Below are positions 39,135-49,206 of a stretch of 64,000 nt of DNA, piece by piece. The first letter of the stretch is position 1, and every line of letters begins with the position of its first letter. Where the stretch lies: the NCBI GenBank assembly GCA_963422615.1, contig OY730414.1:2464302-2528301 (forward strand), read 5' to 3'. Source of the DNA: Longimicrobiales bacterium. Its GTDB lineage: Bacteria; Gemmatimonadota; Gemmatimonadetes; Longimicrobiales; Gaopeijiaceae. The position numbers and the translations under genes are program-made. The notes under the pieces were generated by a model. It saw nothing but the letters and a program-made list of their open reading frames with translations. It ran no database searches and was not told the origin of the DNA.

Positions 39135-40451
39135 CTAATCCTCGTAGTCCCGGCCAAGGTGGGTGATCTGTTCCTCTCCCGCCAACCAGCGCAGGGTGTT
39201 CTTGAGCTTCCAGTGCTGGATGAACAGATCGTGCTCGGGGTAAACTCCCTCCGGACACTGGGGGCTCTTGAAGTAGAAGGACAACCACTCCTGGATGCCC
39301 TTGAGCCCGGCCCGGCCTGCCAAGTCCAGGAAGAGGGCCAAGTCCAGGACAATGGGAGCAGCCAGGATCGAGTCCCTGCAAAGGAAATCGACCTTGATCT
39401 GCATGGGATATCCGAGCCATCCGAAGATGTCCAGGTTGTCCCAACCCTCCTTGTCGTCGCCTCGGGGCGGATAGTAGTTGATGCGGACCTTGTGGTAGAT
39501 GTCCCCGTACAGCTCCGGGTACATCTCGGGCTGGAGGATGTAGTCCAACACTCCCAGCTTGGATTCCTCCTTGGTCTTAAAAGAATCGGGATCGTCCAAA
39601 ACGGCCCCATCCCGGTTTCCCAGGATGTTCGTGCTGAACCAACCGCTGACCCCCAGCATCCGGGCCTTCAGTCCCGGGGCGAGGATGGTTTTCATAAGGG
39701 TCTGGCCCGTCTTGAAGTCCTTGCCGGCGATGGGGACGTTTCGCTCCTGGGCCAGCGCTTCCAAAGCCGGAACATCTGCCGAAAGGTTTGGGGCTCCGTT
39801 CGCGTAAGGGACCCCCTCTATGATCGCGGCGTACGCATAGATCATGCTGGGCGCAATGGCGGGATCGTTTTCCCGCAGGGCCCGCTCGAAGGCTTCAACG
39901 GTCGCGTGGGCGGACCGGGGACGCAGGAATATCTCGGTTGAGCCACACCAAACCATGACAAGACGTTCGCAGTCGTTTTCTGCCTTGAAACGGCGAATGT
40001 CCTCCATCAGGGCCCGGGCCAGTTCCATCTTGTTGGAGCCCGGTTTTCGGTTCGGCCCGTCCAGACGTTTCACATAGGCCGTCTCGAAGACAGCCGCCAT
40101 GGGCCTGACCGACTTCAGAAAGTCTCGAATGGGGTCCAGGTGCCGGGTTCTGTCCAGAACGCCCGCCGCCAGGGCGCTGTCGTACGCGTCATCCGGAATG
40201 GGGTCCCAGGCGCCGAAAACGAGCTGATCAAGCTCTGCCAGACCCACCAGCTCGCGGATGAGGGGTACGCGGTCGTCGGTTCGCTTCCCCAGCCGGATCG
40301 TGTTCATCTGGCTCAGGCTCCCAAAGGGCAAGGCAAGCTCGCGCCGAACCGCCTCGACGCCGGCCACTACCGTGGTGGCGACGGCACCGAGTCCGGGCAG
40401 CAGGAGACCGAGTCGCCCCTCGGCGGGTTCAATTCTGGGAGGTGGTTCCAC
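39135..40451 (-). CDS. ino1: myo-inositol-1-phosphate synthase
   Basis: GLGAVATT, WCGSTE, ANGAPN, GKDFKTGQT, NILGNRDG, CRDSILAAP. Confidence 0.95.
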   Translation of the reverse strand: MEPPPRIEPAEGRLGLLLPGLGAVATTVVAGVEAVRRELALPFGSLSQMNTIRLGKRTDDRVPLIRELVGLAELDQLVFGAWDPIPDDAYDSALAAGVLDRTRHLDPIRDFLKSVRPMAAVFETAYVKRLDGPNRKPGSNKMELARALMEDIRRFKAENDCERLVMVWCGSTEIFLRPRSAHATVEAFERALRENDPAIAPSMIYAYAAIIEGVPYANGAPNLSADVPALEALAQERNVPIAGKDFKTGQTLMKTILAPGLKARMLGVSGWFSTNILGNRDGAVLDDPDSFKTKEESKLGVLDYILQPEMYPELYGDIYHKVRINYYPPRGDDKEGWDNLDIFGWLGYPMQIKVDFLCRDSILAAPIVLDLALFLDLAGRAGLKGIQEWLSFYFKSPQCPEGVYPEHDLFIQHWKLKNTLRWLAGEEQITHLGRDYED

Positions 40452-40457
40452 GAACGC

Positions 40458-41135
40458 CTATCCCTTTCCGGGAGCATTCCCACTGTCGTCGAGAGGAACG
40501 CCCGTACCGTGCTTGTAGACCCAAACAATGCGTTGTATCGCGGTGATGTTGGTCAGAACCGCCACGACGATGATCACCAGGTTCAAGACCACCCCGTTCC
40601 ACGCGAGTCCGAAAATCACCGATCCCAGACCCAGCAGGACGATCCGCTCGGCCCGCTGCATCAGCCCGACGGAGCAGTCGAAGCCGAGAGCCTCGGCCTT
40701 GGCCCGAGTGTAGCTCACCATGAGGGAACCTCCAAGGGCCAGGGTGATGACATAGATCATCCACACATCAGCCATTTGGGCGCCGTATTCGTTGTACAGG
40801 GTCATGAGCCCCAGGTACATGGCGATCTCGGAGATCCGATCAAGGGTCGAGTCGAAGAAGCTCCCGAACTTGGAGGCGCGACCGGACATCCGCGCGACCC
40901 GTCCGTCGAAGATGTCCAGCAGGCCACCAAGAAGGACGAAAAAACCCGCCGTGCGAACATGATCTTGGGAGTAGAACCAACCGGCCACCAGGGTCACGAG
41001 GAAACCCGCAACCGTGACCGCATTCGGATGGACGCCGCGCCGGACGAGCCACTGGGTGACGGGCTCGATGAGGCGGTAGACCGGAAGCCGGAGCGCCTTC
41101 AGGCCCTTCTCTCGCTTCGAAGCTTCGGGGGCCAA
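40458..41135 (-). CDS. CDP-alcohol phosphatidyltransferase (phosphatidylinositol-phosphate synthase-like)
   Basis: HPNAVT, DIFDGRVARMSGRASKFGSFFDSTLDR, VSYTRAKAE, RAER; directly upstream of ino1. Confidence 0.9.
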   Translation of the reverse strand: MAPEASKREKGLKALRLPVYRLIEPVTQWLVRRGVHPNAVTVAGFLVTLVAGWFYSQDHVRTAGFFVLLGGLLDIFDGRVARMSGRASKFGSFFDSTLDRISEIAMYLGLMTLYNEYGAQMADVWMIYVITLALGGSLMVSYTRAKAEALGFDCSVGLMQRAERIVLLGLGSVIFGLAWNGVVLNLVIIVVAVLTNITAIQRIVWVYKHGTGVPLDDSGNAPGKG

Positions 41136-41146
41136 TAGGTATGAGC

Positions 41147-41506
41147 TCAGGACGAGAGGATGATTCGGGAGGCCGCGCCCTTGCGCATGCCCCTCTTCAT
41201 TGCGGCATCCACCTTCATCATGATCCTGTCGAAGTTGGCCTGGGCAGCGACGAGGCTCTGATACACCGAAGAAGCTTCGAGTTTCGCCAGCGCCGCCTCG
41301 TAGCGTTCCAGCTCAACACCGGCGGGTTCTTCCCCCCTCTGGAGCGAAGCCTTCAACGACGCCTCCAACTGTCGTACCTCGTTCTTCAGCGTCACGATCT
41401 CCCGGTCTTCATCGGTACTTTCCAGGGCCCTGGCCAGGGTCCGATACTCGGGTGTGCTTCCCAAGGCCCGCCCCAGCGACTCCGCCATTTCGTGGATTTC
41501 AGCCAC
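41147..41506 (-). CDS. YlbF/YmcA (Com_YlbF)-like helical protein
   Basis: IHEMAESLGRALGSTPEY, all-helical, YQSLVAAQANFDRIM. Confidence 0.7.
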   Translation of the reverse strand: MAEIHEMAESLGRALGSTPEYRTLARALESTDEDREIVTLKNEVRQLEASLKASLQRGEEPAGVELERYEAALAKLEASSVYQSLVAAQANFDRIMMKVDAAMKRGMRKGAASRIILSS

Positions 41507-42482
41507 CCGGTCGATATCCTTTGGACGGGCGTTTCCCCGCCGCCTGCGCAAACACATACCGGGACCGACCCGCAAGGTCTTCGCGAACCTCTATCTTACC
41601 GGCCCACCCCGTCCCCCGAAACAGGCGGGCGACGGCTTCCGTTTGGAAGCGCCCCACTTCCAGGCCGACCCAGCCACCAGGGCGAAGAACCCGCGAAAGC
41701 CCCGGAACCAAACGCCGGACAACTTCCAGTCCATCCGGCCCACCCACCAGCGCGTCTCTCGGCTCCCAGTCCCTCACTTCCGGCTCCGCCTCCCGCCATT
41801 CCTTGCAGGAAACGTACGGCGGGTTGGACAGGACCAAGTCGAATGTTTCACCAACCACGGGTTCCAGCAATGACCCCTGGCGAAAGTTGACGGAAAAGAT
41901 CCCGGCATCCGCGGCGTTGCTCCGGGCCAGCTTCAGGGCTTCAAGGGAAATGTCGACGGCGGTCACCGACCGGGCCAACCCTTCGTCCGCGAGGGCCACG
42001 GCAAGGGCCCCGGATCCCGTCCCCACATCCAAAGCGGATGCGAAAATCCGATCCCGTCCGGCTACATCCAGAAGAACGTCTATGAAGTACTCGGTTTCCG
42101 GCCGGGGGATGGCAACCCCTGGGCCGATCTTGAGGATTCGGTTCCTGAAGGGCGCCGACTCCAGGATGTATTGCAAGGGCTCCCGAGCGGCTCGGCGTTT
42201 CAAACGTACCTTGTAGTCCACCAGCTCGGCCTTCGTGAGGGGCCGGTCGAAACAGAGATAGAGCTGAAGCCGCTCCAGACCAAGGACAGAGGCCAGAATG
42301 TGCTCGCAGTCCAGCCGGCCTTCCTTCACCCCCTTCCCCAGCAGGTAGGGGGCGCTCCAACGGACGACGTCCATGACGGTCCACACCCGGAAAGAAGGGC
42401 GGGCGGGCGACCTGCCGTCGGGCGACGGGTCTGCTGGCGGCGCCGAAGGGCCGACCGGGAGGGGCGCAGGGGGAGACCCCAT
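41499..42482 (-). CDS. prmC: Release factor glutamine methyltransferase
   Basis: EPLQYI, IPRPETE, DVGTGSG, SNPPY; adjacent to prfA. Confidence 0.96.
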   Translation of the reverse strand: MGSPPAPLPVGPSAPPADPSPDGRSPARPSFRVWTVMDVVRWSAPYLLGKGVKEGRLDCEHILASVLGLERLQLYLCFDRPLTKAELVDYKVRLKRRAAREPLQYILESAPFRNRILKIGPGVAIPRPETEYFIDVLLDVAGRDRIFASALDVGTGSGALAVALADEGLARSVTAVDISLEALKLARSNAADAGIFSVNFRQGSLLEPVVGETFDLVLSNPPYVSCKEWREAEPEVRDWEPRDALVGGPDGLEVVRRLVPGLSRVLRPGGWVGLEVGRFQTEAVARLFRGTGWAGKIEVREDLAGRSRYVFAQAAGKRPSKGYRPGG

Positions 42483-43567
42483 CAGTCCCGGGGGCCTCCA
42501 GCAAGGATTTCCTCGTCCCGGGCCAGCCGCAGGGCAGAGATGATTTCCTTCAGATCCCCATCCAGGATGTCGTCCAGCCGGTACAGGGTCAGTCCGATGC
42601 GGTGATCCGTCACCCGGCTCCGGGGGAAGTTGTAGGTTCGGATCTTTGCGGAGCGGTCGCCGGTCCCGATCTGCAACCTCCGCTGAGCCGCCCGGTCCGC
42701 GTCCTGCTCCGCCGTCATGCGCTCCAGGAGGCGGGAGCGAAGCACTTTCAGCGCCCGGGTCTTGTTCCTGTGCTGGGACTTTTCATCTTGACAAGATACC
42801 ACAAGGCCGGTGGGGCGGTGGGTGATGCGCACCGCGGAATCGGTCATGTTCACGGATTGGCCACCGGGTCCCGAGGAGCGAAAGACATCGATCCGGAGAT
42901 CGGCCGGGTTGATCTCCACATCCACCTCCTCCGCTTCGGGAAGTACCGCCACTGTGGCGGCCGACGTGTGAATCCGGCCCTGGCTTTCCGTGTCCGGGAC
43001 CCGCTGGACGCGATGGGTGCCGGACTCGTATCGAAGCCGACCGTACGCCCCCTTCCCCCGCACCGTAAAGATGGCCTCCTTGATCGCACCGGGGAGCCCT
43101 TCCGATATGCTCACGAACTCAACCCTCCACCCGTTCCGCTCGGCCAAGCGCCGGTACATTCGCACGAGGTCGGCGCCGAACAGCCCGGCCTCGTCCCCGC
43201 CGGTCCCTGCCCGAACCTCGACGACGGCGGCCCGGTCTTCCATCGGGTCCCTGGGGACAACGGCTTCCCGGAGCCGCCGGGCGGCCCCGTCCAAACGGCC
43301 TTCCAGCTCGGCAATCTCTTCCTCCACCAGCTGCTGGAGTTCCGGATCGCCGGAATCGGAAAGCAGCTCTCGGGCGCCTCCAAGTTCCTTTTCCAGATTG
43401 CGCACCTCCCGACCGACCGACAGGATGTCCGCCAGCCCTGCCCGTTCCCGCCCCAGCTCCCGAAGCCGATCCACGTTTTGGACCACCCGGGGGTCGGCGA
43501 GTTCACGATCCACTGCCTGAGCCCGTTTCTCCATCTCGGACAGGCGCTCTGATAGGCGGGCGTCTAT
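42482..43567 (-). CDS. prfA: Peptide chain release factor 1 (probable AUA start at 43567; first AUG at 43534)
   Basis: [23 protein letters not shown] (PxT), GGQ, RTYNFP. Confidence 0.97.
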   Translation of the reverse strand: MDARLSERLSEMEKRAQAVDRELADPRVVQNVDRLRELGRERAGLADILSVGREVRNLEKELGGARELLSDSGDPELQQLVEEEIAELEGRLDGAARRLREAVVPRDPMEDRAAVVEVRAGTGGDEAGLFGADLVRMYRRLAERNGWRVEFVSISEGLPGAIKEAIFTVRGKGAYGRLRYESGTHRVQRVPDTESQGRIHTSAATVAVLPEAEEVDVEINPADLRIDVFRSSGPGGQSVNMTDSAVRITHRPTGLVVSCQDEKSQHRNKTRALKVLRSRLLERMTAEQDADRAAQRRLQIGTGDRSAKIRTYNFPRSRVTDHRIGLTLYRLDDILDGDLKEIISALRLARDEEILAGGPRD

Positions 43568-43693
43568 GGAAGTTCTCCTGGACTCTGGGGCTGCGACACG
43601 GCGGCGCTGCGGGAGACGGAATATGATGGCGGGTCAGGGCGCCTTCAACCTGGGGCCCCGAACGCGAACAACACCCCGCCGTCCGCCTCCCTG

Positions 43694-45142
43694 CTACCCA
43701 TCAACCACCTGCCCCGTCAGGTCTTCCTCGCTCGCGGACACGATTTCCGCGGTCACAATGCTTCCCCCGGCAACCCCTGCACCCTTCAGGAATGTCTGTC
43801 CGTCCAACTCGGGGGCCTGGCTCTGGGTACGTCCCACCGCGTCCCAGCCGACTTCCTGTTCAGGTGAGAGAGAATCCACCAGGACGGGCACCCGGCGTCC
43901 CACCCGCTTCAGGTTGGATTCGTACGAAAGCCCCCGCTGCTGGTCCTCCAGTCGCTCCAGCCGTTCGGCTTTGACCTCTTCGGGAACCTGCGCCGGCATC
44001 TCCGCAGCCGGTGTGCCCGCTTCGACGGAGTAAGCGAACGCGCCAACCCGGTCGAAGTGCAGTTCCTCCAGCAGGTCCAGCATGATGTCGAAGTCGTCTT
44101 CCGTCTCCCCCGGGAACCCCACGATGACGGTGGTTCGGAGGGCAAGACCCTCGATCCGGTCTCTGAGCCACGTGACCCGCTCCCGAATCGTGGCTTGTCG
44201 CTCGGGCCGACGCATGCGCTCAAGAACGCGATCGCTCCCGTGTTGGAGGGGCATGTCCAAGTAGGGCAACAGCCGGTCTTCTCGAGCAATCAGGTCCGCA
44301 AGGCCGGGAGTGATGCCCGAGGGGTACATGTAGAAGAGCCGGAACCAGTCCACGTCCGTTCCATCCAGCAGCGCCCGAAGGAGGTCGGGGAGAAGGGGCG
44401 CCGAGGGATTTCTGCGCCTGAGATCCCGTCCGTACCACGTCGTGTCCTGGGAGACCAGGTTCAGCTCTCGCACCCCCTGCTCCCCGAGGGCCCGGGCCTC
44501 GGCAACCAAGGCATTCAGGTCCGCCGAGCGGTGAAGGCCCCTCATATGAGGAATCGCGCAGAAGGCACAGCGGTGGTCGCACCCTTCGCTCACCTTGAGG
44601 AAGGAGGTGTGACCCGCCGGGGCGGCAAGGATGCGCAAGGGCCGTTCCATGTTGGACACGAAGTCGCCGGTCACGTAACCCCGGGCCCGGAGCTCGGGAA
44701 CGAGACGCGCCATTTCGGCGATCCCCAGGAAAAGGTCCACTTCCGGAATCTCCCGTTCCAGTTCCATGCGATGGCGCTGGACCAGGCACCCCACGACAGC
44801 CACGGCCCGAATCCGACCCTCCTTCTTGAGGGCGCAGGCGTCCAGGATCGTCTCTATGGACTGCTCCTTCGCCGCCTCAATGAAGCCGCAGGTGTTCACA
44901 ACCACCACATCCGCCGTCCCCACCTCGCTCGTGACCCTTGCCCCGGCCGAAACCAGCGCGGCCATCATGTGCTCCGAGTCCACCGTGTTCTTGTCGCACC
45001 CCAGGGTGACGATGCCCAGAAGGGGACCGTTTCCGGATCCGATTTCGAATGACCGGGGATCCACGGTCAGCACCCCCTCCCCGCGTCCGTCGGATCCGGC
45101 AGTCACCGGGAACACGGGTAGGTTTCGGGTTCGGAGCCTCAT
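43694..45142 (-). CDS. rimO: Ribosomal protein S12 methylthiotransferase
   Basis: LGCDKNTVDSE, NTCGFI, EGCDHRCAFCAIP, C-terminal TRAM with APELDG. Confidence 0.96.
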   Translation of the reverse strand: MRLRTRNLPVFPVTAGSDGRGEGVLTVDPRSFEIGSGNGPLLGIVTLGCDKNTVDSEHMMAALVSAGARVTSEVGTADVVVVNTCGFIEAAKEQSIETILDACALKKEGRIRAVAVVGCLVQRHRMELEREIPEVDLFLGIAEMARLVPELRARGYVTGDFVSNMERPLRILAAPAGHTSFLKVSEGCDHRCAFCAIPHMRGLHRSADLNALVAEARALGEQGVRELNLVSQDTTWYGRDLRRRNPSAPLLPDLLRALLDGTDVDWFRLFYMYPSGITPGLADLIAREDRLLPYLDMPLQHGSDRVLERMRRPERQATIRERVTWLRDRIEGLALRTTVIVGFPGETEDDFDIMLDLLEELHFDRVGAFAYSVEAGTPAAEMPAQVPEEVKAERLERLEDQQRGLSYESNLKRVGRRVPVLVDSLSPEQEVGWDAVGRTQSQAPELDGQTFLKGAGVAGGSIVTAEIVSASEEDLTGQVVDG

Positions 45143-45861
45143 CCGCCCGCGCCGACGGGGGGGGTCACGACCCGGGCGCCCTCCGGAGCCTCGAAGGTGA
45201 AAGTGTCATCGCCCAGCGAAGGGGAAAGATCCAGATTGCTGAGGGTCAGGGTGCGCACGGTGCCGTTCTCTTGGTGCACTTCCAACTGACGGATGAGAAA
45301 GGCCTCCGAGTCGATCCACAGCTTGGCTCGACGGTACGCCGCAGGGCCCAGAGGCGTGAGGGTCACGATCCGGCATTCTCTGTCCCCGACGGGTTCCATC
45401 CCCTCGGATCGGGCTCCGTACTTGACACCCGGATCTTCCAGGAATTCCCGGAAGAAGTCGTAGCGTCCCGGAGACAGGGCGGCCGCATAGCGCATGACCT
45501 GATCTTCGTTGAGGCTCGGGTAGTAGACCCAGAAGTGCTCCCCGTCGGAGACCACCAAATCCCCTTCCGGATCGGTAAAGCGCATGGAAAACAGATTGGG
45601 TCGGCGCTGGCACACCCGCCCGGCGCTCTCCACGGTTCGGCCCAAGAGGCGAACCTGGATCACCTGTTCAAAATCCGCGCACAGGGAGTGAACTTCCCGG
45701 TATTGTCGGGCTGCCTCTTCCATGGTACGCAGGGCCTCCGGCGACTGAACCTGTGGCCAAGCCGCCCCGGGTACCGCCGAAACCAGCAGCAGCCCCACTC
45801 CCGCGCCCCGAATCCACCCTGTCCCGGGAGACCTCGGTCGGCTCACCGGACCGACCCTCAC
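45139..45861 (-). CDS. lolA: Outer-membrane lipoprotein carrier LolA
   Basis: ADFEQ, RRPNLFSMRF, VSDGEHFWVY, FTFEAPEG; downstream of ftsK; start 45861 or 45846. Confidence 0.88.
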   Translation of the reverse strand: MRVGPVSRPRSPGTGWIRGAGVGLLLVSAVPGAAWPQVQSPEALRTMEEAARQYREVHSLCADFEQVIQVRLLGRTVESAGRVCQRRPNLFSMRFTDPEGDLVVSDGEHFWVYYPSLNEDQVMRYAAALSPGRYDFFREFLEDPGVKYGARSEGMEPVGDRECRIVTLTPLGPAAYRRAKLWIDSEAFLIRQLEVHQENGTVRTLTLSNLDLSPSLGDDTFTFEAPEGARVVTPPVGAGG

Positions 45862-48389
45862 CCGGGACAGATCTCGTCCAGGCCGTCGGGCCCGACCATC
45901 ACTTCTCTGGGCTTGGACCCGTCGGGAGGACCCAGCACGCCCGCGTCGTGAAGCTGGTCCACGATTCTCGCCGCGCGACCGTAGCCAATCCGCAACCTCC
46001 GCTGGAGCAGCGAAGTGGAACCGGCTTTCTGCTGAATGCAGGCCAGCGCGGCCTTCCGAAAAAGAGGGTCCCAATCGGCCCGGATGCCGACCCCTTCCCC
46101 TTCCCCACCCTCCTCGTCCATCGCCCGCACCGCCTCCAGGATGTCGCCCTCCCCACTCGTGACCCGGGCCTTGACCGCCTCGAACGTCTCCGCTTGCTCC
46201 CGGTACCAGCCCATGAGGGCCTCCGTCTCTTCGGTAGAGATGAAGGCCCCCTGCATCCGAACGGGTTCGCCCTGTCCCGGGGGAAGGAAGAGCATGTCCC
46301 CTTGACCCAGGAGGGCTTCGGCCCCGTTCTGGTCCAGGATCGTCCTGGAATCGGTCTTCGAAGCGACCCGAAAGGCGATCCGGCAGGGAAAGTTGGCCTT
46401 GATCAGCCCGGTAATGACGTTCACGCTCGGCCGCTGCGTCGCCACGAGGAGGTGAATGCCGATGGCCCGGGCCTTCTGGGCAAGCTGGGTGAGCGGCTTC
46501 TCCACCTCGGCTTGGACCGTCATCATCAGGTCGGCCAGTTCGTCCACGACCACCACGATGTACGGCAGCGGTCCGTCCTCGTAGATCCACGGGTCCTCCC
46601 CCTCGATCTCACCCCCGGCAGCCGCCTCCTCCTCGTCTGGCGCGGCGCGCTTAAGTACGACGCCGTTCCGCACCCGCTCGTTGAACTCCTTAAGGGACCG
46701 AACCCCATTTGCGCTCAACAGGGCATACCTTCGCTCCATCTCCAAAACCGCCCACTTCAGCACCCCGGCGGCGTCCCTGGGGTTCGTGACAACCGGGTGA
46801 CGCAGATGCGGCAAATCGCCGTAGGCCGAGAGTTCGACCATCTTCGGGTCAATGAGCAGGAGGCGCAGCACATCGGGACCGTTTCTGTACACCAGACTGG
46901 TAATGACCGTGTTCAGGCAGACCGACTTCCCCGAGCCCGTGGCGCCCGCAATGAGCGCGTGGGGCATCTTCGTCAGATCGGCAACGAAGGGCTCACCCCC
47001 GAGATCCTTCCCCAGCCCCAGAGGGAGCAAACCGCCCGAGCGGGAAAAGGCGGGAGCCCCCAGGATTTCCCGAAGCCGCACCACCTCGGGCCGCGGATTC
47101 GGAATCTCGACACCTACGGCACCCTTCCCGGGAATGGGAGCGACGATCCGGATACTCCTTGCCTTCATGGCCAGAGCCAGGTCGGCGTCCAGGTTCGCGA
47201 TCCGGTTGACCTTTGTGCCAGCGGCGGGAACGACCTCGTATTGGGTCACGGCAGGACCCGTGGTCCGGCCCCCGATCTCGGACCGAATGTTGAAGGTGCG
47301 CAGGGTCTCGACCAAGACCTCGCCCAGGCGGTCCAGCTCCTGTTCCGTTCCCCGCTGGTTGTCTCGCTTGGCGGCGGTCAGGAGCGCCAGACTGGGGAGA
47401 GGACGATCCCCGGGAGGCAACTCGTCTTCCGAAATGCCTTCCCCGTCTTCCGACGTGTCCTCCTCGGAGATCGCAGAAACACCGCCGGTTGCAGGCACAC
47501 CCCCACGGGAAGGTAAACTGATGGAATTGTCCGCTTCGGGAGCCGGGGAATCGTTCGCAGGAGAAGAATCACCGGACTCGGGAATCTCTACCAACGCCTG
47601 GCGGGTCCGGGGGCTGACTTCACCCTTTGCGGGAGCGTCCGACGCCACCGCCTTCAACGACGCCGCCTTCCTGGATGCGTCCCGCTGCTCCCGAAACCGA
47701 CGGCGCCACCTTCGGGCGGTGGAACCGATGGCCCGGGCGCAAAGACCGATTCCTAGAAACGCCTTCGCAACCACGCTGAGCAGAAACCTCAGGGGATTGA
47801 AGCCGAACGCCACCACCGACGTGACAACCACACCCCCGCCCACCAAGAGCCACGCGCCGGGCCAGCCCACCATTCTGCAGATCGGTCTTCCCAACAATTT
47901 GGACCCCAGGTAGCCGCTCGCCCAATCGTCCTCCCCGGGAGGCGTGCCGGAGCACGCCGAGTCGGTCGGGAACTCCCCGGCCAAGAACGCCGCCAGAGGG
48001 AGAAGGAGCCCAGAAGCCAGGGTGACGATCCAAATGCGCTTTCGCCAGGGACGAGAAAACCATTTCCCGAAACTCGCAGCAGCAGCCAGGAGACCCAGGG
48101 GAACGGCAACGCTACCGAATCCCATCCCGGCCCGAAGGCTCGTGTTCAGCGCGTCCCCGACAACCCCCAAGGGGTTTCCCGGCGGAAGAAAGCCCGACAC
48201 CCAGGCGCCCAGCATGTAGAAGGGGAACAGGGCGACGGCCACCAGAAAGGCGGCTACGGCAGTGAGCGCAGCCAACACCCGATTCCGGTTCCCATTTCCG
48301 GGGGCTGGCTTCCCCGGGGTCGATCCCTTCTTCGCCCCTCCCCGACGCCGGGAAGCCGGTTTGGCGCCCTTCGCCGCCGGTCTCCCCAT
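45858..48389 (-). CDS. ftsK: DNA translocase FtsK
   Basis: N-terminal TM region, PHALIAGATGSGKS, DELADLMM, LQRRLRIGYGRAAR gamma domain. Confidence 0.98.
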   Translation of the reverse strand: MGRPAAKGAKPASRRRGGAKKGSTPGKPAPGNGNRNRVLAALTAVAAFLVAVALFPFYMLGAWVSGFLPPGNPLGVVGDALNTSLRAGMGFGSVAVPLGLLAAAASFGKWFSRPWRKRIWIVTLASGLLLPLAAFLAGEFPTDSACSGTPPGEDDWASGYLGSKLLGRPICRMVGWPGAWLLVGGGVVVTSVVAFGFNPLRFLLSVVAKAFLGIGLCARAIGSTARRWRRRFREQRDASRKAASLKAVASDAPAKGEVSPRTRQALVEIPESGDSSPANDSPAPEADNSISLPSRGGVPATGGVSAISEEDTSEDGEGISEDELPPGDRPLPSLALLTAAKRDNQRGTEQELDRLGEVLVETLRTFNIRSEIGGRTTGPAVTQYEVVPAAGTKVNRIANLDADLALAMKARSIRIVAPIPGKGAVGVEIPNPRPEVVRLREILGAPAFSRSGGLLPLGLGKDLGGEPFVADLTKMPHALIAGATGSGKSVCLNTVITSLVYRNGPDVLRLLLIDPKMVELSAYGDLPHLRHPVVTNPRDAAGVLKWAVLEMERRYALLSANGVRSLKEFNERVRNGVVLKRAAPDEEEAAAGGEIEGEDPWIYEDGPLPYIVVVVDELADLMMTVQAEVEKPLTQLAQKARAIGIHLLVATQRPSVNVITGLIKANFPCRIAFRVASKTDSRTILDQNGAEALLGQGDMLFLPPGQGEPVRMQGAFISTEETEALMGWYREQAETFEAVKARVTSGEGDILEAVRAMDEEGGEGEGVGIRADWDPLFRKAALACIQQKAGSTSLLQRRLRIGYGRAARIVDQLHDAGVLGPPDGSKPREVMVGPDGLDEICPG

Positions 48390-48390
48390 C

Positions 48391-49149
48391 TCAGGCGGGA
48401 GGAGGCCGGATCACGCGATCGTACATGGTCGGCACGACCGCATGCTTGTCGATCCTTGCGCACAGGGCAAGGTCGGAGCCAAGGCCAACCTCAATCAGGG
48501 CTTGGCCGGCCGCACTGGCCGCAAACGTGTCGACGGGAGCTTCGTAGGTCTCCGCAAGACAAACGACCGCCTTTGCAGCGTCGTCCAGCGTGGGAGCCGG
48601 CTCTGCCCGACTCACCAAGCGACGGATGATGTGGCCCGCGCAAACCGCGTCGTCCAGTGAAAAACCGCCCTCTTTACCGGCGCACACCACCACGACATCC
48701 CGGTCTTCCGAAATCGCGTCCACCACCGCCCCCAGGTTGAAAAAGGAAGCCGCGAGCACCCGATCAGCCCGGCTGGCGGCCAAGAAGGCCCGGGTCCCGT
48801 TGGTGGTGGTCATGACCAACCGTTTTCCCGCGACGGCCTGATGCGTGAACTCGGCCGGAGAGTTGCCCAGGTCGAAGCCTGAAATGGGAACACCTCGACG
48901 CTCTCCGCAAAGCAGGGTCGTTTTCCGGCCCAGGGAGTCCCGGAGCCGGGTTGCTTGCACCACGGACTCCGTCGGGAAAATGGCGCGGGCTCCGTTGGCC
49001 ACGGCTTCGACAATGCAGGAAGTTGCCCTGAGTACATCAATGACAACTGCGGTCTTCCCCGCCACAAGGCCCGCAGCTGCCTGCGCGGGTGTGAAGAAGA
49101 CGGCGATCTTCAGGCTGCCTGTCATGTACCCGTTTGTTCCCGCCGACAC
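48391..49149 (-). CDS. comB: 2-phosphosulfolactate phosphatase family protein
   Basis: VIDVLRATS, GERRG, FDLGNSP, TTTNGT, DDAVCAG. Confidence 0.93.
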   Translation of the reverse strand: MSAGTNGYMTGSLKIAVFFTPAQAAAGLVAGKTAVVIDVLRATSCIVEAVANGARAIFPTESVVQATRLRDSLGRKTTLLCGERRGVPISGFDLGNSPAEFTHQAVAGKRLVMTTTNGTRAFLAASRADRVLAASFFNLGAVVDAISEDRDVVVVCAGKEGGFSLDDAVCAGHIIRRLVSRAEPAPTLDDAAKAVVCLAETYEAPVDTFAASAAGQALIEVGLGSDLALCARIDKHAVVPTMYDRVIRPPPA

Positions 49150-49206
49150 CGGCAGAGCAAAGCATGGCGCGTGTCAGTTGGGTTGGCCCCGCTCATTTTG
49201 CCTCAA

